A DNA stretch of 64,000 nt from Octopus sinensis (taxonomy: Eukaryota): the NCBI RefSeq assembly GCF_006345805.1, contig NC_042998.1:131440001-131504000 (forward strand). Direction: 5' to 3'. The notes under the pieces were generated by a model, which saw only the letters and a list, made by a program, of their open reading frames with translations, had not been told where the DNA came from and did no database searches. Each line of letters begins with the position of its first letter. The stretch's first letter is position 1. Shown piece after piece: positions 53,163 through 64,000 of the stretch. A program made the translations under genes and the position numbers.

Positions 53163-55149
53163 CAGAGATAGGAGAGAGAAAGAGAGACAGAGAGATGTTA
53201 TTCAGAAGAATACTGGCCTTGCCTATTGCAGACTCTCTCAGAATTGTGATGCTGCTACGACTCATTCTCAGACTGAATATTGGCGGGTCACTGCTTACAG
53301 GAAATGACGTAAGAAGATAAGAGAACGGGTATCTTGTACGAATGCCTGTCATAGAGTTAACTCCGCTAAAGGCAACTAAAGACTAACAGTATGGCTAAAA
53401 ATGTTGCAGTTATCATGCTAGAACACCTATTCGATCTGAGTTGCCCCGAAGCTAACCAACAACTGCGATAACATAAATTTAGCTGTACATTATATACCAA
53501 TTAATTAGATTTAGTTTTATACTAATTAAAAATTAAAAATTAGATCGTTAGCATAAAGGAACGCATATGCACAGTACACAACAAAATCACATGCGCACAA
53601 AATACGAACGGCAGAATCCATAAAGTAATTAGACCTAAACTGTACGAGAAAGCAACATATTGCAAATTACAAATGAGTCGGAGTAGCTGCATGGTTCGCA
53701 TCAAGCGAGTGAACTTGGCCCAGTCCGTTGCAGACTCTGTAATAATCTGCAGACATACAGAAACAGACTGCAAAGTGGAGAAAATTCACCGCCCATAGGC
53801 TTAAGTCCAACATCTTAGACAGTTAACCATTGCATGTCAGAACGTATAATTTGTTCAAAATGTACAACCCTCATCAACTAGTCGGATGCTTAACATCCAG
53901 AGCTATGATGCTGTAGCACAAGTCTAAAAGTTCAGTGAACCACTTGCGTGACATACGTTTATTAGATCATGGTTGACTTGGAAATACACAACAAATCAAA
54001 ATACGTGACATTAGAATAGATTAGATTTGACACCGTAAATATATACACTATTAGTGTGGAAAAATCTATGCTCAAATATAAGAATCTAGTCGTAGAAACA
54101 GTAAAATTTGACTAAAAGAAAATAATTTTCATAAACAAGGGAGCAATTTCAAACCATGCGCGTGTTTGTGTTTGTATATGTGTTATAGTGTCATCAAAGA
54201 ATATGCAGTATCCGTCAACGGCCATTGGTATCTTGCACTTTCAACATTTGGGCGTAAGGGTCTCTAAGATATTGTTTTCTGCAGACAGAATTCGTGTGAA
54301 ATGATGCCTTGCCTAAGAACATAGCGCATCATCCGATTTGGTAATTGAACCCAATACCTCATAATCATATGTACATCAATTTAACCACGTGATAGTATGT
54401 AGAGGAAGCTAAACCTATAAATTCAGACAGCGGTTTCATCTTAATGTCATATGAATGAATATCAATAATCTTCAATGAACACGAAACGAGTCAAATGTTT
54501 TTAATTTTGATATACACACAAATAGTGATGTATTTTAGCTCTCTTATTTCCATGATAAGGCTATAATACTAACCTTTATACATTGTTCCACAAGCATCTT
54601 CTTAATGTGCATTATGTGAGTGAATCATTATATGTGCTGGTATATGCTGGTATACGTGTGTGTGTGTGGTGATAAGCAATGCTGACGCCTATTTCAGAGA
54701 AATTACCGTACTATTTTTAGCAAAGTAATTAGCTCAGAAGTGTAAAAAAAAGTTCCTGCTTGCTGGTTTGACAACGGTACCTAATTCAATTTTAATTTCG
54801 CGCCTCTGCAGCAGGAATGCCGCAGATCCATTTGTGAAGGCGTATAGAGTAATACAACGATGTCACACAACACAGACATGCAGGCATGCATTATTTATAC
54901 ACGGATATATACATCCGCACACATACAATTACGCTAACACATATGTACGCATACATGTGTGTATAGTTGTATGTATGTATAAGTACATTTGGTTTTATGA
55001 ATGGGAGAAACATAACTGAATACGAGAAATAGTGTATATGTGTTTTTGTATGTATGTGTGTGTGTGTGGTGTCAATTAACTAAGAATACAAGACTGCTAT
55101 ACATTTAATTAAGTTAGTCTCGCTATTTTCTCCTTGGATTACCGATTGC

Positions 55150-56750
55150 TGTTTCAGCTAACTTAAAATAAGGTCTATATATAATATCCATACTTAGTGG
55201 TTTTGTTAATTTCTTTCAAACTTTCTAGATCGTCATCCATATCTCTTTCCAAAATAGCCTTTACAATCCAGTCCGTCAACATCCTTAATGTCAAGTTAAC
55301 AGACTGGGATGTTCTGGCTCTGTACCGTTAAAGAAATACTGTAAAGATTAGCTTCTATCGTAGAATAAGGGGATTTGTGCAACAAATTGTCTGTCTTCTC
55401 ACTTCTGACCTGATGCTTAATCATAGCAATTTTGTAACATCGATAGCAAATAATGTACATGAGCCCAGTTTTATATCAGATTATTATCCTTCCATTGCTA
55501 AAACCATAGTCTATAATATAAACTGTTGCCAGCAGACACATTTTCAAAATTAAAACTGTTATGCATGGAAGAAAATCTAGCTCAATCTTCTCATGATTAA
55601 AGAACTTTATATTTACTTATATAATTTCAGCAAGTGGTCAAAGATTTCGACACAAATATATGAATTAATCCACTATTATAAATCATATCTAATACGTTTA
55701 AACGCCTAAATATATCACAATTAACTAACAAATATGCGCATTTGGAGAAAATATTCTTATTAAAAGATTTGAATTAAAAAGTCGAAGTCAACGGTAGTCT
55801 CAAAAGAATGTATTTTTTTCTACTAAGTTAATTTAAATTTATATACTTATCAATACCACTTGTACAGAAAATCTAACGAAAATTTCCTCTATATCCATAT
55901 TTCGAAACATCATCCAGCTACATAAAAATTTGTTCAAAATATTAACTTCCGATTATTTAGTAACTTATATGTAGAAAATTCTTTTGATAACGTACCAGAT
56001 TATTATATCGAAGCCCATCATATAATGGTTTTTAAATATAAGATACAATATATCAGAAACAGTAATAATGGGCGTTAAAATGGAAAACGATATATACGTA
56101 CTTAAGTATACTTTTCCTTTAAGTAGTGAAGTCAGTGCTTGCCTCTATAGAAATTTATAAAACTTGTAATTATACACTACCTCAGTCGTTTCATATATCA
56201 ATGAATATTTAAATATTACAATATATGGGTTTGCTATTTTAAATATGAGTAACATTTTCGAATCCTTGTCGAAAATTACCGAAAAATACTATACGTCTCC
56301 GCTGCCATCACTACTTTTCAGCTACGCCATCACATAAACCACGAATGATGTCTACTTTATAGAGGATATCATTCGCGGTTTATGTCTTACAAACTTCATA
56401 GTCTATGGTACTAACGTGTCACCAGTAAGTGCGGCAATTATAAAGAAACCGTCTCTTTAACGTCTACCACTTTTAAATTACGATATAACCTCCTTAAGAA
56501 TACTTTCACAAAACCTGTCAGATATCCAGAGAACACTTTGGTAGCTTTTTAAGATAAACACACCAATTTCGACGTCAAAGGGGAAAGTTTCGACTACGCA
56601 AAACTATTCAACCAATGTTCAACAATTCCAGTCATGCCTCTCTGAAATGCTAAAAATCTTGTTCCATTCCAGGAAAGCTTTGAATACAAACTCCGAACTT
56701 CTTTTTGCATACGGACATTCATTTTCACTAATTAATTATATGGTAAAACA
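55150..56750 (-). mobile_element. Possible very old L1-like LINE remnant
   Basis: Only scattered frame-broken motifs (DGL / FWKEI / DDL near 55230-55280; NLKVVDV..IDY near 56400-56480). Weak. Confidence 0.3.
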
Positions 56751-57211
56751 TTATATATTTATTTAATTTCACAAACTGCTATCACTATTCGAACGTACAT
56801 AATAAATATATCTGCCTTTGCCCCATACACCACTTTACTCGTACCACCTGCATAAGTGTTCACAAATCCTGATTATGTTGTATACGGCTCTACTGATACG
56901 TATAAATAGTTTATAGTTAGTTTTTACGTTCTTCTCCCACACCATATTCCAAATTATCTTCACTCACCTTCTGTCTCAACTCATCCTCTCTTCATTTATG
57001 TCTCACGCTTAACCGAAATTTTCTAAACAAATCGCCAACCACTTTTTAGTTTTTCTATTTTGCTCTTTTTCAGTTTCTCAGTTACCTATTCTCTCCCTTC
57101 TTTTATTCTGCTTCTTATTCCTTGTCATCATCACATTTCAACCGCCTAACACCAGTTTGAGACTTCTTAATATATATATATATACATATGTATATATACA
57201 CACACATATAA

Positions 57212-57320
<109 letters not shown>

Positions 57321-57507
57321 TAAGCACATCCAGTTCGGAATTGGTAGCGTAAGAGATAGCAAATAACTTTAGGAAACTGATAAGTTACTTGCCCACCATT
57401 TCTGTTATCAATACTTACAATTAAAATTCCTGACCAAGTACAGATCACCTCTTTACTCATCTATCTTTCAGTCTTGATTCTGAAGCTTATTATTATTACT
57501 TTCCTTT

Positions 57508-57715
57508 AGGCGGTGAGCTGGCAGAATCGTTAGCACGCCAAGCGAAATGCTTAATGACATTTAGTGGGTCTTTACATTCTGAGTTCAAATTCTGCCAAGT
57601 TCGACTTTGCCTTTCGTGATCGATGATATAAATTCCAGCTGAATAGTGGGGTCGATATAATCAACTTACTCGTCATCCGAAGTTGCCGGCCTTGTCCAAA
57701 ATTCGAATTCATTAT
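57508..57715 (+). mobile_element. SINE family B copy, type-1 tail
   Basis: AGGCGGTGAGCTGGCAGAATCGTTAGCACG head and GAGTTCAAATT B-box. Confidence 0.8.
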
Positions 57716-58055
57716 AATTACTTGAAATTTTAAATCACTCCTATGAACGTGATGTATTTTGTTCCATTTCCCGAATACGAGATTTATGTAGCCAAACTTG
57801 ATGGTTACAGTGTGTGTATTTGCTATGTAACTCGTGTGTTTCTAATCAAAAAGGTTGACTGAGGATATTACTTTAGATGCGCTAATAGTTTCAACTAGTT
57901 AGGTTCCGACTTGTCGAAGTAAATTATTTTTATTTATATGTCTATTTGTGTGTTACACAGCACACTCATTTCCAAGTTGCATTTACTGTTTTGCAGTTAA
58001 TATTGGTATGGTTGATGGTTTTGCTTTTGATGCTGAATTTTCTAGCTTTTAATAA

Positions 58056-58275
58056 GGATTTCAAATTTTTTGCCACAAAGGCAACATGGTAGCGTAAGAG
58101 AAGAGATTAAGTCGATTACCTCGACCCCAGTGTTTCACAGGTACTTAATTTATCGACCCTGAAAGGATGAAAGGCAAAGTCGACCTCGGCGGAACTTGAA
58201 TTCAGAAAGTAGCCGCGGACGAAATACCGCTAAGCATCTCATCCAGCGTGCTAACGATTCTACCAGCTCGCCACC

Positions 58276-58344
<69 letters not shown>

Positions 58345-59110
58345 GTTTCAAATTTTTTTGCAAGGGCAGCCATTCTGGGGGCGCGGAAGAGTCGATTACA
58401 TCAATTCCCAGTGTTTCACTGGTACTTATTTTATCGATCCCGAAAGGATGAAAGGCAAAGTCGATCTCGGGAGAATTTGAACACAAAACGTAAACACGGG
58501 CAAAATACCGCTAATCATTTATTTTTATTTTTCAACTCTAGACACAAAGCACAAAATGTTTGGGGAGGGGAACAGTCAATTAGATCGACCCCAGTACGCA
58601 ACTAGTACTTAATTTATCGACTCCGAAAGGATAAAAGGAAAAGTCAACTTTGGCGGAATTTGAACTCAGAACGTAAAGACAGTCGAAATACCTATTTCTT
58701 TACTACCCACAAGGGGCTAAACAGAGAGGGGACAAACAAGGACAGACAAACGGATTAAGTCGATTATATCGACCCCAGTGCGTAACTGGTACTTATTTAA
58801 TCGACCCCGAAAGGATGAAAAGCAAAGTCGACCTCGGCGGAATTTGAACTCAGAATTTAAAGACAGTCGAAATACCTATTTCTTTATTACCTACAAGGGG
58901 CTAAACATAGAGGGGACAAACAAGGACAGACATAGCTATTAAGTCGATTACATCGACCCCAGTGCGTAACTGGTACTTAATTTATCGACCCCGAAAGGAT
59001 GAAAGGCAAAGTCGACCTCGGCGGAATTTGAACTCACGACGTAACGACAGTCGAAATACCGTTAACCTTTTCGCCCGGTATGCTAACGATTCTGCCAGCT
59101 CACTGCCTTC
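58056..59110 (-). mobile_element. Head-to-tail SINE-B array including two tandem 184-bp B2 modules (58693-58876, 58877-59060)
   Basis: Five SINE-B bodies in one orientation. (AAT)n at 58278-58343 separates two of them. Module junctions read AAAGAAATA^GGTATTTCG on the minus strand. Confidence 0.92.
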
Positions 59111-59111
<1 letters not shown>

Positions 59112-59159
<48 letters not shown>

Positions 59160-59178
59160 CAACAACAACAACAACAAC

Positions 59179-59211
<33 letters not shown>

Positions 59212-59222
59212 GATGATGATAG

Positions 59223-59278
<56 letters not shown>

Positions 59279-59290
59279 GCGATGACAAAG
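59112..59290. repeat. (AAT)/(AAC)/(GAT) compound repeat
   Basis: Directly visible. Confidence 0.95.
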
Positions 59291-59510
59291 ACGATTAGGG
59301 GGAAACTCATTATTGTCATGATTTTGATGATGGTTAAGACAATGGCTATGACAAGGTTTTGAAGATACTGTGGATTGTCGTTTTGATCATCATCGTGATG
59401 GTAATCAACATGACCACCCAACTAGAAGCCACAAGGTTATTGGTGAATATATGCGGTAGTGAGGATACACTTATGGTAACACTCTCTCTCTATCTTTTGC
59501 TTCATTTAAG

Positions 59511-59548
<38 letters not shown>

Positions 59549-60065
59549 CCTCCCTCTCTCTGTATATGTGTGTGCGTTTATATTTATTTGTGTGTGTGTG
59601 TGTGTGTGTGATATTTTTGTATCACACATACTTCTAAGGATTTGGCCAGATATTCGCTTTATGTATGTATTTATTTATTTGAATATTTAACAATTTGTTT
59701 TGTTTGTTTCTTTGTCTGTTTGTCTGTCCGTTTGTTTGTTTATATATACTTTTGTATGTTGTACTATAATAGGACAATGAATGTATTTAAGGGCCGCAAG
59801 GTGAGTAATATACAAAAGAAAATATCCTGACACTGCTTCCACTTGCCACCCCGCCACAGCCGTCACTTCCGCCACACTGGCAACAATAATCTTGTACGTC
59901 TCCCCGATCCCATCCCCCCCCCCGCCGACACCACACATCACGAAAAGAACAACATCAGCAACAATAGCAACAACAACAATAGCAACAATTAGACGAAAGA
60001 ATCATAAAGACCAACAGGGAAGCGGAGAAATCGGGTAAAGAGACGAACGAGAGAAAAAGCACATG

Positions 60066-60101
<36 letters not shown>

Positions 60102-60234
60102 GATAGCGATGGAGATAGAGGGGGGAAAGAAAGAGTGGAAGCGAGTGGTATAAAGTGAGAAAGGGGAGGAGAGATATTAAGGTACAGAAGGAGGAAGAAA
60201 GAATAAACAAATGAAACAGAGAGAGGGGTGGCTT

Positions 60235-60266
<32 letters not shown>

Positions 60267-60589
60267 GTAGAAAACAAACAGGTAGAAATATGTGATAAAA
60301 AAAACATAATTATTTGCACTACGGTTAGTGTAAATGTATAGTTTACATATAGCCTTCACCGCCTGCACAACGGCGGTGGAGACTCTACGAGGTCACTTGA
60401 CCTTATACAAACACCAGCCAAGTCTCGCTGAAATCACATTTTTCTTGCCGCCTTAAAAAACAAGAAGGACTAATGTAGTTTTTAAGATAGAGAAAAATAC
60501 GAGACAGTCAGAACGAGAATGTCATTGAGTAACAGGTTTGTTCGAGCAGGGCTAACTAACCAAGGGCTAAATAACAGCCACAACAACAA

Positions 60590-60618
60590 CGACAACGACA
60601 ACAACAACTACTACTAAT

Positions 60619-60671
<53 letters not shown>

Positions 60672-62450
60672 TCACCAGCGTCACTATCACCACAGCTATC
60701 ATGAACATCATTACAATCACAGTAAATGCCATCCTACAACCTTATTACTATTACTACTACTACTACTACGACAACGACGGCGACCACCACCACCACCATC
60801 ACTACCACTACCATGACGAAGACGACACGACAACGACGGCTACTGCTACTACTACTACTTTCACCAACATCATTACCACGACCATCACCACCAACGTCCG
60901 CTACAACTAGCATCAATAGTCACTACCAGTGCCACCCTTAGTGCTGCCAATATCACCAACCTTCACGACTACACCACCATCAACGAGCCGAACTGTAATC
61001 ACTACCTCTACTATTACCGAGTTCAAATTCCGCCGTGGTCGACATTACCTTTCATCCATCTGGGGGGGAAGGGTAAAATAAGTTCTAGCTGAGCACTGGA
61101 GGTCAGTGTAATTGACTTATCCTCTGGCGCGAAATTGCTGGCCTTGTGCCAAAATTTGAAATCGATATTTTCCTCCTCCACCATAAACTTCGTCTCCTCC
61201 GTCAGCACTAGCACCAACAGCATCACTGCCAATTACACCCGCCCACCCCCGACTCCATCCCACCCACCGCCATCAAAAGGGACTCAATTCCACCACGAAC
61301 ATCAACTCTATCTAATACCAACAACATCTCCTACACCAACAACCAAAGAACCGATAGCGACATCATCCCCATCACCACACCACCACTACCGACAACAACA
61401 TAAACATCAATTCCAACACCACCACCACACCACCACCACCACCACCACCACCACCACCACCACCACCACCACCACCACAAACGATTCTAACACTGACCCC
61501 CACCATCACCAACAACATCAACACCACTGCCAATAACGAACAACAAAAACAACACTTATAACAACGACTACAACAGCAATACCAATGTTGTCACCATCGC
61601 CATCGCGACAACACCATCATCATCATAAGCCCAAACCTAACACCCAACTGCTTGTAGACATCTCGAATTATGTCTCGCCTTTCTGTTACCACTGCCTCTA
61701 ACGGAACCAGCCCCTATTCACACACACCTCACACACTTCAACAGGGGGCAACATGAAGTAATTTCCATTCTACAACTTCGTCTTGTAATAACGTTACTTG
61801 AGAGATTTTTTTTTTCGATTTTTTTGCCGTTGTTGGTTTTGAAAGGTCTTTTTACTATGTGTTTTTTTTTATTTATGCATTTGGGGGGGGGGCTTTTTTG
61901 TTGGGTCTTTTTACTTTGTTATTATATTTTTTTGTTTTTACGTCTACACTTCTACATTTGATTCAACACCCAACACCAGTGCCACCACCACCACCACGAA
62001 CAACAACAACAACTACGACTACTACATCCACAGCAACACCAGAAACTACCACTGTTACTACTTGCAGCAGATCAACCACCACAGCTATCGACGTTACTGC
62101 AGCCACAACTACTCCAAAAACACATTATTTCTCACCACCACCACCACCACCACCACTACTACTACAACTTCGGTGACAGCCACCACCACCACCACCACCG
62201 TAGCAACAATGCTATAACAACCACTGCCAATCGCTACCATCAATCAGTATAACAACAACAGAGACATCCAGCATGTAAATACTACCACAGCTACCAACAT
62301 AACCAACAACAGCACCTCACCATAGAATACTACCACCACCACCACCTTCTCTACAAAGGCCACCACATCCACCGTCACCACCCTCGTTACTATCACCACC
62401 ACCAGTCATCATCATTAACATCTTCACTGGTATATTCGCTGCCAACACAG
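60590..62450. repeat. ACC/AAC/ACT-rich low-complexity region with an embedded SINE-B fragment (about 61020-61170, +)
   Basis: Directly visible trinucleotide tracts. GAGTTCAAATTCCGCCGTGGTCGAC starts at 61019. Confidence 0.85.
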
Positions 62451-63816
62451 CGTCAAGACCCAACGAAGCAGCTTATAAGTTGATTATCCGACTTGCGAGA
62501 AATAGTAACCCAATCTCCCGCAAATTACTTTAGATCTTGGGTTCCATGCGCGTTGAGAAGAAAAAAAAACGGCAGGATGATCACATGTTTTTGTTCATGA
62601 GTTAATTTCATTAAGGCTGATAAGATGCTAAATAACAACAACAGTTTCAGCTTCCAAAGAAATTGAATTTTTACGTGCAACCTTATTTCCAAAAGAATGC
62701 AAATTTCTCAGTCTAATGTGCGAATGACACAAACTTCATGACCAAGTTTTAGCAACAGGCTAAGTTTCCAATTTTTAATTTCAGATGAAGTCATTCTGCT
62801 GCTTCAACTCCAATACCAACATCGAGCTGTTATTTCGGTAATCGCAACATCGATTGAGTCCCATCCATCTGATCTGCTTTTAAAAGGCGTTCCTTGAAGC
62901 GAATTCTGCACATCGAACTCTTATATGAAGGGAGAGAGTGATTTTACAGTTGAAGCAGCTCTATAAGGTGAATATTTCATTACCAATACCACATACTTAC
63001 CATACATTGTTTAAACGCCGGAAGCTGCGGTTTATCATCCCGGAAAAATTCCTTTAAAGACATGTAAAACACAAAAATCTCAATATACTTCAGAGCTAGG
63101 AGAAAATGCATTCGTCCCAGAAAAGGTTGCGAGAATGGCAGATACGTATTTTACTGTATTTGCAGCTTATCAATGACATGCACTCAAGTCACTCCGAAAC
63201 GAAATCGAAATCTCTAGATTGAATTTTATACAGAAAGTTTTTATTATTCTCCTTCTTTGGAAGGGACAGGTTTCGCTGGTCAAAATATCTATATAATGTC
63301 AATATTAACTCTGTGGTAATCACAACTTATCGTCGCTGATGAAGCAATGGTTTCTTATTTATTTCCCTAATATTCTTTCACAAAATACCCTCTTAGCTAA
63401 ATATAATTTCGTCACATCTTCGTTTGCATTCATAACGACGATTCAGAAAAAAATACAAGGAATTTTGTCAAAGGCTTTGAAAATTTTATTATCTTGCACT
63501 TGTATTTTATCTTATCTACCCCAAGATGGAGGACAGACGCAGATGACCTTGGTGGAATTTGAAATAATAATATACAAGGATGTGCCATATATCGCATATT
63601 AGTTTATGTCGCACTTCTACGACTCTGCTAATCTACAAGCATTAACATAGTACAGTCAATCAAATCCCCTCTGCATACCTACAAAATTTGTAGCTTTATG
63701 GCAATGTTAGAAATCAATATTTACACCCTACTAAGGTCGACCTCAACTTTCACCCGTCTCAGGTTGATAAACTAAATTAGGGTATTAAAGTCAGTTAGTT
63801 CTGCCACGGGACTATA

Positions 63817-64000
63817 GGCGCAGGAGTGGCTGTGTTGTAAGTAGCTTGCGTGGCATCTTGGGCAAGTGTCTTCTGCTATAGCCTCGGGCCGACCAAAGCC
63901 TTGAGTGGATTTGGTAGACGGAAACTGAAAGAAGCCTGTCGTATATATGTATATATATATATGTATGTGTGTGTATATGTTTGTGTGTCTGTGTTTGTCC
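63817..64000 (+). mobile_element. SINE family A copy, B-box deleted, running off the window end
   Basis: GGCGCAGGAGTGGCTGTGTTGTAAGTAGCTTGC head joined directly to GTGGCATCTTGGGCAAGTGTC; body nearly identical to 12921-13326. Confidence 0.9.

Noticed and set aside
58541-59110. CRISPR-like repeat array
   Set aside because: Units are 184-bp SINE-derived modules without unique spacers, there are no cas genes, and the context is eukaryotic.

Overview
Repeat-dominated, apparently non-genic animal DNA. It is most likely octopod cephalopod, an inference from the extreme microsatellite load and from SINE families I recall from octopus. No intact host protein-coding gene is supported, and almost all ORF-track entries are translations of simple repeats. 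Supported content: one full-length but inactivated DD34D mariner (49784-51066), an older decayed mariner (29168-30277), several TA-flanked mariner-type MITEs, and an inverted-repeat element carrying CCAAT plus octamer motifs (4761-5292). Also present are three or four L1/Tx1-like LINE fragments, RTE and Penelope-like fragments, four tRNA-derived SINE families (my labels A-D), a ~200-bp unclassified repeat family and a 1.83-kb tandem duplication. The most interesting structure is a putative Tx1-like LINE/SINE partnership. A SINE-B variant carries a 3' tail (hairpin + AATAAAGAAA) matching the Tx1-like LINE 3' end. The LINE and this tail both abut the same SINE-B site (^GGTATTTCG), giving an exact 184-bp module seen three times, twice in tandem, consistent with a self-targeting SINE. 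A second Tx1-like family has the same hairpin with compensatory changes and sits on (GATA)n. All alignments and counts were done by eye; no database search was run.
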